Assembly (NCBI GenBank): GCA_043718025.1
Contig: JAYSWN010000188.1
Coordinates: forward strand, 28,766 to 92,765
Length of the DNA: 64,000 bases
Reading direction: 5' to 3'
Origin: Pseudomonadota bacterium
GTDB lineage: Bacteria > Bdellovibrionota > FAC87 > UBA2466
Position 1 is the stretch's first letter; every line of letters starts with the position of its first letter. Both the position numbers and the translations under genes were made by a program. Shown in pieces: positions 38,233-47,922 of the stretch. The notes below the pieces were generated by a model, which searched no databases, was not told the origin of the DNA, and saw nothing but the letters and a program-made list of their open reading frames with translations.

Positions 38233-40584
38233 ATGGCGTCTGAAAAAAGCTCCCCCTTTCCCGCTACCGCATTTGCAACTCCAGGCCGTCGGCTGTGGAG
38301 AGAAATTCAGCGCGTGCTCTGCCTCGCCGCCGCAGTTCACCTGCTACTAGCGTTGGTATCCTACTCGCCTGAAGATTTTTCATGGTCGACGTATTCCACC
38401 ACTTTTAAAACCCACAACTGGTTGGGTCGCGCCGGTAGCGTCGTATCCGACGCTCTACTGCAAGCCTTTGGACTGAGCGCTTTTCTGTTGATATTTTTTC
38501 TGCTGAAATCCGCGTTAGAAATTCGTCCCGCCGCAAAAGAGAGCAACCCTAAACTTCGTCCACTCTTTGCCGCCCTTTTGCTCGTCGCCGTAAGTGGTTG
38601 CCTTACCATTTACCTACCGTCGACAGGCTTGCCATTTAAAATGCGCGCGGCGGGCGGCTTGGTCGGCGACGGCCTGCTTGGAGCGTTCAAATTTTTAGGC
38701 GGAACCATCGGGGCTAAGACGGCGAGCGTGGTGGTTTTTATTTTAGCATCGATACTTTACTTCGACTTCCACCCGATAACTTCCCTGCTTTCCAGATTTC
38801 CGGCGTGGAAAGAAAGTTTCAACGGCGGCTTTCTCGCTTTTTTAAGTAAAACTAAAGAGTCATTCGTAATATGGAAAAACGGGCGCGCCCAAAAGAAAAA
38901 ACTGGCGCCAACGCCCATGGCCTTTCCCATCGGGGTAAACCCTTCGCTTTTACCGGCGGCTAAATCCGAACCCACCGCTCAACACGATGACGAGCCGGTG
39001 CAAGCGCAAGAGCGGGCTTCGTTCACCGGCATTTCTCTTTCGCCAAACGAAGAGACCGACGAAGAGATTAAAAAAGCGTTGGGGCCCAAACCATCACGTA
39101 ACGGAAATAAAAAGATAATTCCCCGCAAAGCCGCACCGGGAGAATTTCAACTACCTTCGCTAGATTTACTTTCAGGACGGGCCGATTCCGTTCCCAAACC
39201 GATTGACCGCAACTGGTTCGTCGACAAAGGAAACATTCTTGTCCAGAAGCTAAAAGACTTCGGCGTCGAAGGAGAGGTGGTGCACATCTCGCCGGGACCG
39301 GTCATCACCGTCTACGAATTTAAACCGGCCAGCGGCGTAAAGATTAAAGACATTGCGAATTTATCTGACGATCTGACGCTCGCCCTCTCGGTAATGTCGG
39401 TGCGCATCGTCGCGCCGATTCCGGGCAAACCCGTGGTGGGAATTGAAATTCCCAGCCCCCACCGCGAAATGGTTTACTTCAAAGATTTAGTAAATGAGAC
39501 CCGCTTCTACGATCCGGATATGAAAATACCGCTAGTGCTTGGCCGCCTAGCCTCGGGAGAGCCGGTGGTTGCCGGCTTAGCTTCTATGCCCCACCTATTG
39601 GTGGCCGGAAGCACGGGTACGGGGAAATCCGTTTTCATCAACACCCTGATTTGCAGCCTGCTTTACCGTTACACGCCGTCGCAGCTCAAACTCATTCTCG
39701 TCGACCCAAAAATGGTGGAGCTGGCGAGTTACGAAGGCATTCCTCATCTTATGTTGCCGGTTGTCGTCGACTCTAAAAAAGCGGCGCTGGCTCTACGCTG
39801 GACGGTCGATGAGATGGAGCGCCGCTATTCGGCAATGCATAAGCTGCAAGTTCGTCACATCGACGCCTTTAATGAAAAGGTAACTCACACGCCCTGCACG
39901 GGGGTAGAGGGCGAGGAGCTCAGCGCTTTTCCCTATCTCGTCGTCATCATCGACGAATACGCCGATTTGATGGCCGTATCACCAAAAGATGTAGAGCTTT
40001 CGATTGCCCGCTTGGCGCAAAAAGCCCGCGCCAGCGGCATTCACTTGGTGCTCGCTACCCAACGCCCCTCGACCGATGTGGTGACGGGTACCATCAAAGC
40101 CAACTTTCCGAGCCGCATTTCGTTTCGCGTGGCCTCCAGCGTTGACGCTAAAACTATTTTAGATCGCACGGGTTCCGAACGCTTGTTAGGCAACGGCGAT
40201 ATGCTGCTACACTCCGCCGGATTCACCTCGCTTAAACGAATGCAGGGCGCCTACCTAAGCGATGCCGAGCTCGAACGCGTTACCAATTTCCTAAAGGCCC
40301 AGGGCGAGCCCCAATACGATGAGCGCATCATGCGCTACCAAGATGAGTGCCTCTCCGGCGAAGAGGGCGGTGACTCGGGCGAAGAGGAAGGCGGAAACCT
40401 GTACGACCGGGCCGTTCGCCTGGTTACCGAAAAGGGTGAAGCCAGCATTTCGCTTATTCAGCGCCACTTAAAAATTGGCTACAATCGTGCGGCCAGCTTA
40501 ATGGAACAGATGGAAAAAGACGGCGTGGTAGCTCCAAGCACCGGTGCCTCAAAACGTAGGCAGGTATTGGTTAACCAGATATAA
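38233..40584 (+). CDS. ftsK: DNA translocase FtsK
   Basis: N-terminal TM helices with NWLGRAG; PHLLVAGSTGTGKS, VDPKMVEL, LATQRPS, ERLLGNGDML; gamma domain SLIQRHLKIGYNRAA; start at 38233 or 38128. Confidence 0.96.
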   Translation: MASEKSSPFPATAFATPGRRLWREIQRVLCLAAAVHLLLALVSYSPEDFSWSTYSTTFKTHNWLGRAGSVVSDALLQAFGLSAFLLIFFLLKSALEIRPAAKESNPKLRPLFAALLLVAVSGCLTIYLPSTGLPFKMRAAGGLVGDGLLGAFKFLGGTIGAKTASVVVFILASILYFDFHPITSLLSRFPAWKESFNGGFLAFLSKTKESFVIWKNGRAQKKKLAPTPMAFPIGVNPSLLPAAKSEPTAQHDDEPVQAQERASFTGISLSPNEETDEEIKKALGPKPSRNGNKKIIPRKAAPGEFQLPSLDLLSGRADSVPKPIDRNWFVDKGNILVQKLKDFGVEGEVVHISPGPVITVYEFKPASGVKIKDIANLSDDLTLALSVMSVRIVAPIPGKPVVGIEIPSPHREMVYFKDLVNETRFYDPDMKIPLVLGRLASGEPVVAGLASMPHLLVAGSTGTGKSVFINTLICSLLYRYTPSQLKLILVDPKMVELASYEGIPHLMLPVVVDSKKAALALRWTVDEMERRYSAMHKLQVRHIDAFNEKVTHTPCTGVEGEELSAFPYLVVIIDEYADLMAVSPKDVELSIARLAQKARASGIHLVLATQRPSTDVVTGTIKANFPSRISFRVASSVDAKTILDRTGSERLLGNGDMLLHSAGFTSLKRMQGAYLSDAELERVTNFLKAQGEPQYDERIMRYQDECLSGEEGGDSGEEEGGNLYDRAVRLVTEKGEASISLIQRHLKIGYNRAASLMEQMEKDGVVAPSTGASKRRQVLVNQI

Positions 40585-40640
40585 AAACTCACCGAAATAA
40601 AACACAATTAAACGACAGAATTGGATATCTACCAAGTTGG

Positions 40641-41618
40641 GTGAATTCAAAATTGCTTAAACTTTTCCTCCTCTTCGCCATGGCCTCGTCGGCACTACTA
40701 AGCGCTGATTCTGCTCGCCGTTTTTCTTACCCCACCGATTCCTCGACCCTAATGTCGGCCGAATGGCAGCGAGATTTTGTGCGCGAGCCAATCGACTACA
40801 ATCTTAAAGGGCTGCCTAAACGAAAAATTTTTTGCTTTACGCTTTTGGGAAAGATACAGACTCTCGACTTAAGGTATCTGCAAAACCATTCGAGAGCCCA
40901 GATGAACTTTTACGATTGGTATCTCGGTGATTCTCCGGTCTCTTACCCTGAGCAATTGCGCCGGCAGCACCTTGAGTCGGCGCTCGGTCAGCCGGAAGAA
41001 AAACAGCACTACGTTAATATCAGTGATCGCATATCCTACCCCAGTGACATCGCGGAGCCAGGAATTTTTCGTGCGGAATTACTAGCTAATCATGCTCCTC
41101 ATTTAGGGATCGATGAGTTTCAAACCAATATGGCGCAATGGGAGCAGCTCGAGCGACACGGCTTAAACCAAAGTGAAGCGAAGGCACAGAAGGGGGCTTA
41201 CCGGCTGGTGGCTCGCGACATTGCCGAAAATTTGCAAGCTGAAATTGAGTTTAAATTAAATGGGAGAGTTTCTCGGACGGCCCCTAAAAATGAGGCGGAA
41301 ACCGCTTTTCGGGAGGCGGCCGGTAAACGCATGACCGATCTTAAGAAATGGCGAGACAAGAGCCCCGCCGAAGTGCGCGACAACCTTAACGCTTTCTTAA
41401 ACGACTTGAGCGACTACTACCACACCGCCATTCAATGGATGCCATTCTCCGCGATTAACAACTCGATATTGATGGGGCACGTAAACGTGATCTTGCGTCA
41501 CGCTGGCCTACGGACAATTCCGCACGATGGTCTTGATTATCTCGCCCTGATGTCTCACTACGATGTTTTTCGCGGGGTTTTTAAAGAGGCCGTACGGCAC
41601 GAAAACCCCGCGAACTAA
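40641..41618 (+). CDS. Hypothetical secreted protein with possible degenerate Fic/Fido-like C-terminus
   Basis: Signal peptide; DYYHTAIQWMPFSAINNSILMGHVNVILRHAGL resembles the Fic helix-HPFxxGNGR-helix layout. Confidence 0.6.
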   Translation: MNSKLLKLFLLFAMASSALLSADSARRFSYPTDSSTLMSAEWQRDFVREPIDYNLKGLPKRKIFCFTLLGKIQTLDLRYLQNHSRAQMNFYDWYLGDSPVSYPEQLRRQHLESALGQPEEKQHYVNISDRISYPSDIAEPGIFRAELLANHAPHLGIDEFQTNMAQWEQLERHGLNQSEAKAQKGAYRLVARDIAENLQAEIEFKLNGRVSRTAPKNEAETAFREAAGKRMTDLKKWRDKSPAEVRDNLNAFLNDLSDYYHTAIQWMPFSAINNSILMGHVNVILRHAGLRTIPHDGLDYLALMSHYDVFRGVFKEAVRHENPAN

Positions 41619-41670
41619 AACTCAACACTAAAGATCGACGGCTTTCTAAATTCGGGCTAATACGTTCAAC

Positions 41671-42348
41671 ATGAACCCCGACAATAAACTCACCCTGGTT
41701 ATCGGCGATAAAAATTTTTCTTCCTGGTCAATGAGGGCCTGGTTGGTGGCCAGTCTTTCGGGGGTTCCGTTTGAAGAGAAATTGGTTTTTTTGGACAAGC
41801 CCGAAACCAAAGAGACCCTGCGCCGCTGGTCACCGTCAGGAAAAGTGCCCAGTCTAATGGATGGCGAGCTGAGAATTTGGGATTCGCTAGCCATTGCGGA
41901 ATATTTTGCGGAGTTGGCGCCCAACGTTGCGCTGTGGCCGCGCGACCCGAAAGCAAGGGCGGTGGCCCGCGCTTACGCCGCAGAAATGCACTCGAGTTTT
42001 TCTGCTCTACGAACCCACCTCTCGATGGACATCCGCCTTAAAATGGAGATTTTGCATCTCACCTCAGACACTATTTCGGAGATCGAGCGGGTGCTTTCGT
42101 TGTGGGAATCGGCCCTCGCCAAGAGCGAAGGCCCTTTTCTCTTCGGCGAATTTGGCATTGTCGATGCGTTTTACGCTCCGGTGGTCTTTCGCTTCTTGAG
42201 CTACGGAATTCATATCACCTCGCCGGTAGTGCTTAATTACCTTAAGGCGGTTCAAAATTTTCCGGCCGTAAAACTTTGGACGGAGGCAGCCCGTAAAGAG
42301 GAACGCTGCCCTTTCGCGTTTGACGGCCATCCGGTTGGCCAAATATGA
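41671..42348 (+). CDS. Glutathione S-transferase family protein
   Basis: IGDKNFSSWSMRAW, SPSGKVP, IWDSLAIAEY, AEMHS, FGIVDAFYAPV. Confidence 0.93.
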   Translation: MNPDNKLTLVIGDKNFSSWSMRAWLVASLSGVPFEEKLVFLDKPETKETLRRWSPSGKVPSLMDGELRIWDSLAIAEYFAELAPNVALWPRDPKARAVARAYAAEMHSSFSALRTHLSMDIRLKMEILHLTSDTISEIERVLSLWESALAKSEGPFLFGEFGIVDAFYAPVVFRFLSYGIHITSPVVLNYLKAVQNFPAVKLWTEAARKEERCPFAFDGHPVGQI

Positions 42349-42382
42349 CGCTCCGGTTTTCCCGTGGTAGTTTTGGGGCGCT

Positions 42383-43051
42383 ATGAAACTACACTCACTT
42401 CTTATTCCTTTAACCGTAATTGGCCTGAGCAACATTGCGTTGGCAGGGAAACTGAAACCGCTGAACACGGCCGCGGGATTGCCCGGCCCCATCGTCGAAA
42501 AACTGCAAAAGACGTGGGACTCGGCCAAGACCTACAAGGCAGATTTTAAGCAGATCCTTTTCCAGAAACGCATGGGAACGCGCGAAGAATCAGCGGGGAC
42601 ACTTTTTGTCTCTAAGCCCGGAAAACTACGCTGGGAATCAAAGACCGACGGCCAGATTCAGATCATGAACGGTAAGCAGCTGTGGGTAATTAAGCCTAAT
42701 AAGCGGCGGGGAATTCAGGTGGTCGATGTTTTCCGCGATTTGAAGAAGATTATGGACCCTAAGCCGATGGCCTTTTTATCGGGCACGGGAAAGTTCAAAG
42801 AGCTGTACCAGACAGAATTACTTAAAGAAGACAATAAGATGGCGGAAATTAGGTTTTTCCCCAAGGCCGAAACCAGCGACAGCCTTATTGCGGAAATTGA
42901 CAAAGAAAGCTATGGTCTGCGGTCTTTAACGACGGACTCGCCGGATTCGCGGGCGCGTACTGAGTTCTCTAACACCGAAGTTAACCCGACCCTTGATGAA
43001 AAACTCTTTGAGTACAAAGTACAGCCAAGCGACGTCGTGCATGAAAATTGA
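42383..43051 (+). CDS. lolA: Outer-membrane lipoprotein carrier protein LolA
   Basis: Signal peptide, ADFKQ, KPGKLRW, NGKQLW, C-terminal DEKLFEY; near ftsK. Confidence 0.85.
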   Translation: MKLHSLLIPLTVIGLSNIALAGKLKPLNTAAGLPGPIVEKLQKTWDSAKTYKADFKQILFQKRMGTREESAGTLFVSKPGKLRWESKTDGQIQIMNGKQLWVIKPNKRRGIQVVDVFRDLKKIMDPKPMAFLSGTGKFKELYQTELLKEDNKMAEIRFFPKAETSDSLIAEIDKESYGLRSLTTDSPDSRARTEFSNTEVNPTLDEKLFEYKVQPSDVVHEN

Positions 43052-43063
43052 TGGAGAACCAGG

Positions 43064-43552
43064 ATGCCCTCTTTCGATATTGTAGTGAATGTAGACCTTC
43101 AAGAAGTGGATAATGCCGTAAACCAGGCGCTTAAAGAAATAAGCCAGCGCTACGACTTCAAAGGCACCAAAAGCAAAATTGAGTTTGATAAAAAGAAAGA
43201 GCTCGTGGTTACCGGTGACGATGACTTCAAGCTTAAGGCGGTTATCGACATTTTGCAGAGCAAAATGTTCAAGCGCGGTATCTCCCCTAAGAATATGGAG
43301 ATGGGCAAGGTAGAGGCGGCCTTCGAAGGCACCGCCCGCCAAAAGATCACCCTCAAGATGGGCATTCCGGCCGACAAGGCCAAAGAGATCAACCGCATCA
43401 TCAAAGATTCAAAAGTAAAAGTGCAGTCGTCGTTGCAAGACGAACAGGTAAGGATCACCGGTAAAAAGCGCGATGACTTGCAAGAGGCGATGGCGTTGGT
43501 GCGCAAGGCCGACCTAGACCTCGACGTGCAGTTCACCAATTTTCGGGATTAA
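43064..43552 (+). CDS. yajQ: YajQ-family nucleotide/c-di-GMP-binding protein
   Basis: MPSFDIV...QEVDNAVNQ...RYDFKG...[11 protein letters not shown]...QFTNFRD. Confidence 0.96.
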   Translation: MPSFDIVVNVDLQEVDNAVNQALKEISQRYDFKGTKSKIEFDKKKELVVTGDDDFKLKAVIDILQSKMFKRGISPKNMEMGKVEAAFEGTARQKITLKMGIPADKAKEINRIIKDSKVKVQSSLQDEQVRITGKKRDDLQEAMALVRKADLDLDVQFTNFRD

Positions 43553-43565
43553 CAAAAAGGTTGTT

Positions 43566-44924
43566 GTGGAAGTAACGAACAGCAAAGTGGCCGCTCCCCC
43601 AAAAACGATTTTCTTTCAGAGTTTGGGCTGCGTAAAAAACCTAGTCGATACCGAAGTGATGTTGGGCATCTCGTTGGGCGATGGTTACCGAGTGGTTCGC
43701 GAGCCCGAAGAGGCCAAGGTGATTGTGATCAACACCTGCAGTTTCATCAATGACTCCAAGCGTGAATCGATTGACGCCATTATTGAAGCGGCATCCCATA
43801 AGGAGGCCGGCACTTGCGAGCGGCTTATCGTAGCGGGCTGCTTGCCCCAGCGATACAAAGCAGATCTTAAAGTGTCTTTTCCCGAAGTAGATGCTTTCGT
43901 AGGAACCGGCCAATACAACCAACTCTTAGATTTTATCGGTGGAAAAAAAGAAGAAGAGGCTGGTTTTAATCACCCTAAGTATATCCATTCGGAAAACACG
44001 CCGCGCATCAACACGCAGCCAAATTACCGAGCGTACCTAAAGATTTCGGAAGGCTGCATTAAGAATTGTGCCTTCTGCATTATTCCTAAAATTCGTGGCA
44101 CATTAAGAAGCCGCTCGATTCCCTCGCTAGTTGAAGAGGCGACGCGACTGGTAGCGGAAGGTGCAGTGGAAATGAATTTGATCGCCCAAGATCTTACCGA
44201 CTACGGCCGCGATCTTCGCGACGGTAGCAATCTGCTCAGTCTGCTAAAGGCCTTGGCGAAGATCGAAGGGCTACAATGGATTCGCATGCTGTACGTATAT
44301 CCAGACGAGCTTTCTGACGAATTTATTGCGTTTATGGCCAGTGAGCCCAAGCTTTGTAAATACGTCGACATGCCGATTCAGCACATCGCCAATCGTATGC
44401 TCCATTTGATGAACCGCAAGGTGACCGGGGCGCTGATTCGCGATCGCATCAAAGCGCTTAAGTTGGCCATGCCGCAGATCACCCTGCGCACCAACGTAAT
44501 TGTTGGTTACCCGGGTGAAACCGAAGCCGAATTTGCCGAGCTTAAGGCTTTTGTGCAGGAGGCCCAATTTGATTACATGGGCGTGTTTGCTTATTCGCAT
44601 GAAGAGGGCACCGCGTCTTATCTGCTTCCGCAACAGCTGCCGGAAGAGCTTAAGCTTGCCCGAAAAGAAGAGCTGCTCGCGTTGCAGCAAGTGGTTTCGG
44701 CCGAGAACTTAAAGAAACGGCGCGGTCACACCGTGCGGGTTTTGGTGGAAGAGGTTTCAGAAGAGTCTGAACACTTGTGGCGCGGCCGCTACGAAGGCCA
44801 AGCTCCAGATGTCGATGGCCACGTTTTGATTCGGGCCGGTAGAGTCGAGCGGGGCAAGTTTGCCAACGTGAAATTAGAGCGCTCCATGGAATATGACTAC
44901 ATTGGTAGTTCTTTAGAGATCTGA
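43566..44924 (+). CDS. rimO: Ribosomal protein S12 methylthiotransferase RimO
   Basis: SLGCVKNLVD, INTCSFI, GCLPQRY, radical SAM CIKNCAFC, APDVDG in the TRAM domain. Confidence 0.95.
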   Translation: MEVTNSKVAAPPKTIFFQSLGCVKNLVDTEVMLGISLGDGYRVVREPEEAKVIVINTCSFINDSKRESIDAIIEAASHKEAGTCERLIVAGCLPQRYKADLKVSFPEVDAFVGTGQYNQLLDFIGGKKEEEAGFNHPKYIHSENTPRINTQPNYRAYLKISEGCIKNCAFCIIPKIRGTLRSRSIPSLVEEATRLVAEGAVEMNLIAQDLTDYGRDLRDGSNLLSLLKALAKIEGLQWIRMLYVYPDELSDEFIAFMASEPKLCKYVDMPIQHIANRMLHLMNRKVTGALIRDRIKALKLAMPQITLRTNVIVGYPGETEAEFAELKAFVQEAQFDYMGVFAYSHEEGTASYLLPQQLPEELKLARKEELLALQQVVSAENLKKRRGHTVRVLVEEVSEESEHLWRGRYEGQAPDVDGHVLIRAGRVERGKFANVKLERSMEYDYIGSSLEI

Positions 44925-45023
44925 GGCGGCGGTGAGGCAGTCCGCTGACAAAGATCCCCAATCCCTTCGTTCAAGGCCTCAGCGTTAACCCCTTTGCCCC
45001 CGCTCTGTTAAAATTGGCCTCCT

Positions 45024-46013
45024 ATGATGAAACTTCTTGGAACCCTCAACTTATTGGCCGTTTTTCTCGCCACTCCCTTTTTTTTGTCAACCGCCAACGC
45101 CGCCCTGCAAGTGGCAAATGCGGCGCCCCATTCGGATTACGCCTGGCTTCCCGATTACAAGCGGCTGTTCTTGAGGGCGGGGGCCAATTTATTTAGTTCG
45201 GCCTCTAATTTCGATAATGCCGGAAACTTGGCCAACCTAACTGGCAACGCTGAGCTAACCCGTAATTATTTCTTCATTCAACCGGAGTACGGCTTGGCGC
45301 AAGACTGGTCGATGAAGGCGCAACTGGGGCTGATTTCCAGCACCGTCACTAACGGCAGTGGAGCGGCCGCCCTGTCGAGCTCGGGCTTTGGAGACATGAA
45401 TTTTTCGCTGAAGTGGATGGTGAAGCCCTTCGATCCGTTGCTCAGTTTTGAAGCGGTGTTTGTGCTCCCGACGGCGCAAGCCGTGCCGGCCACTAGAACG
45501 GATGTGGCGCTGGGCGACGGCAGCTTTGACGCCGGAATCAAGTTACACACCGCCCATGAAAGTGGGTCTTTCGCGTTGGGCTTTAGCCCAGGTTTTATTT
45601 ACCGCAACAAGGGGTACTCGCCACTAGTTACCGGCGATGCTTTTGTTCAGTTTGATTTTAGGCGCGGCTACCTTCGGGGTTATGGAAATTTGGTGTTTCC
45701 ACTGACCACGGTGCCGCTCTTTGATTCGAGTATTACCAAACATGACGCCAATGGATCGGCCGGCAGCTACGCCCTGCTTTCGGCCAGCCCCTTTGGTTTC
45801 AGCGCCGGCGCCAAGCTAGGCATTAAAATCGTTGATGAGCTTTTTGTGGAAGCTTGGTTCGCGCGCTCTTTTGCGGGCCAACGTTACCCAAATTTCAATC
45901 AGTTTGGGTTTGGCCTTTTTTACGCGATCGATTTTTTGGAAGTGCTTCCGGTCAAAAATCTACGCGAAGTGCCTTTCGATGGGGATGAGGGCAATTTCTA
46001 TAAGGGAAAATAA
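45024..46013 (+). CDS. Probable outer-membrane beta-barrel protein
   Basis: Signal peptide, EYGL, SGFGDMNF, LPT..LGDGS.D, amphipathic strands. Confidence 0.65.
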   Translation: MMKLLGTLNLLAVFLATPFFLSTANAALQVANAAPHSDYAWLPDYKRLFLRAGANLFSSASNFDNAGNLANLTGNAELTRNYFFIQPEYGLAQDWSMKAQLGLISSTVTNGSGAAALSSSGFGDMNFSLKWMVKPFDPLLSFEAVFVLPTAQAVPATRTDVALGDGSFDAGIKLHTAHESGSFALGFSPGFIYRNKGYSPLVTGDAFVQFDFRRGYLRGYGNLVFPLTTVPLFDSSITKHDANGSAGSYALLSASPFGFSAGAKLGIKIVDELFVEAWFARSFAGQRYPNFNQFGFGLFYAIDFLEVLPVKNLREVPFDGDEGNFYKGK

Positions 46014-46014
46014 A

Positions 46015-47922
46015 TTACTTTGCCGGCGTTTCACGGCGCAGAGTGGTGACTTCGCCGTTTGAAATAGGACCATTGTAGGCCTTGCCGCCATTAGTGCGGC
46101 GGCCCATTTTCATTTTCTTTAAGTAGTCGGCGTTGAGCGAGCTTGCCTCGCCCTCCAGAAACACGCGCGGCCGTTTCGAAGCCACGAGCGCCGCCGCGGC
46201 TTCGGCTTCGACTTCGGATTTCGTTTTCTTGTTAAGGTAACTCGAGTCTAAATTATTTCCCGCGGCCCCACCGCTGCCTTTGCCGACGGCATTGAGTTGA
46301 CTGGCCGAAATGGAAGTGTCGACTTTGTTGGCTTTGTCGTCGTATTCGGTGCGGGCACCGCCAGCGCCGCCGACCGAAGCCGGGCCACGTCCCGCGCCAA
46401 CTTTCACCACTTCACTCGCGCCGCCGGCGGCGCCGTTTGCCGAATCAGCTTGAGAGGTAACATCGCCTGCAGCCCCGCCACCGTCGGAAGAGGCTGCGTA
46501 ACCGCCCCCGATTGTCTTAGCGCCCGAGCCGCCAGCGTTAGAAGCAGCACCTGCGTCCGGCGCACCAAAACCACCGGGTGGTTTTTTATGACCGGCGCCG
46601 CCCGTAGCGACGTCGACAGATCCGGAGCCAGCCCCCGAAGCCGATGAACCAAAAGATTTTGCACCAGCCGCGCCGGAGCCCGATGCTGCCGCGCCACCAG
46701 ATTCACTTCCGCTTGCGGATCCGCTGTCGCCAGACTTGCTGGCTTGCCCACCGGCACCGGGGCTTGCGGGCGGCGTGAAGATAGGTTTACCTAAATCAAA
46801 CATGCGTTCGGAGTCGCCTTTAACGATGTAGGTCTCTTGCCCTGAGTTGTACTTCCAGCGCCCGTCGTTGGAGAGGCTTCTATTGCGCAATTCATTGCAA
46901 CCAAAGTCATTGAGCCCATCGGATTTAGCCAGACCGGCGGCGCTGGCGTCGCCTTCATTCCAGCTACCTAGACCAAGGCCCGCACCGGCGCCGTAGGGAA
47001 GACCGGTGATCTGGCGAAAAATAGTGGTGGCCAATGCTTGCGGCGTGTTGCGTCCCACGATTCCAGAACCGGTGGGATTTACTTCGGCTCCACGGCCAGT
47101 CATTCGATAGCGCTGTTTATAAACTTCACCGGGATTGTAAGTGAGATCTTCGCAAGTATCGCGATCGTTGGCGCCGGCTCCGCACATTTTAGCGGCCTGC
47201 GCCGGATTACCCGTAACGGTGGCCGAGGCCACGCGATTTACCCCTTGCGACCCCATGCCCTGAATCGCATTGCACGACTGACGCGCTTGCGCATTGATGG
47301 CCTGCGGACTGCCCGGAGTTGATTTTACGTAGAAGGGAAACACCACCAAGTTAACCCCACACTTGGCCGCCATGTCCACCGCGCCTTTGACCATCGCGTT
47401 GCCGTTACCCACCGAGGGAGAGAGAAAAATGCAGGCCGGAAACCAGCGATCGTACGCTTCGATTTTACCCGGTTTATTTTGCGGCCCCCCGCCGCCACTT
47501 AAATCGCCCGCACTGTTTGGCCCTTTTCCGGGCCCTTCGCCTTTTGCGGCGTTGTCATCGTAGGTTGTAGACTGCGTGCCAGTTCCGCCGCCAGAATTGC
47601 TGGCGCCGCCGCCGGCACCACTTCCACCGGCAGAATCGCCGGCCGTATTTGAATTTGATGAGGTGGAAAATTGTTTAAGTAAATTGCCGATGCGCCCGCC
47701 CGCCGATGCGCCCGCCGGATTGAGGATTGGGTTTCCGTTTTGGTCCAACGCCGTTGAAATGCGGCCGCCGGGGTTAACTAGTTTAAGATTGCTCCGCTTA
47801 ATTTTGCTCTGGAACTTGGCGCCATTTTTGGTCGGCACCGCTTTTACCACTGCCGCCTGAGCCGAATCATAAAATCCGATCGAAAAAAGAGTTACGGTAA
47901 TGAGCATGAGTGGCTTCATCAC
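46015..47922 (-). CDS. Secreted Gly/Ser-rich protein with Cys-rich core (paralog of the next gene; no HExxxH)
   Basis: Signal peptide ending SAQA; shares CGVNLVVFP and NDGxW..ETY with 47919-50126; GTGA overlap. Confidence 0.75.
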   Translation of the reverse strand: MMKPLMLITVTLFSIGFYDSAQAAVVKAVPTKNGAKFQSKIKRSNLKLVNPGGRISTALDQNGNPILNPAGASAGGRIGNLLKQFSTSSNSNTAGDSAGGSGAGGGASNSGGGTGTQSTTYDDNAAKGEGPGKGPNSAGDLSGGGGPQNKPGKIEAYDRWFPACIFLSPSVGNGNAMVKGAVDMAAKCGVNLVVFPFYVKSTPGSPQAINAQARQSCNAIQGMGSQGVNRVASATVTGNPAQAAKMCGAGANDRDTCEDLTYNPGEVYKQRYRMTGRGAEVNPTGSGIVGRNTPQALATTIFRQITGLPYGAGAGLGLGSWNEGDASAAGLAKSDGLNDFGCNELRNRSLSNDGRWKYNSGQETYIVKGDSERMFDLGKPIFTPPASPGAGGQASKSGDSGSASGSESGGAAASGSGAAGAKSFGSSASGAGSGSVDVATGGAGHKKPPGGFGAPDAGAASNAGGSGAKTIGGGYAASSDGGGAAGDVTSQADSANGAAGGASEVVKVGAGRGPASVGGAGGARTEYDDKANKVDTSISASQLNAVGKGSGGAAGNNLDSSYLNKKTKSEVEAEAAAALVASKRPRVFLEGEASSLNADYLKKMKMGRRTNGGKAYNGPISNGEVTTLRRETPAK

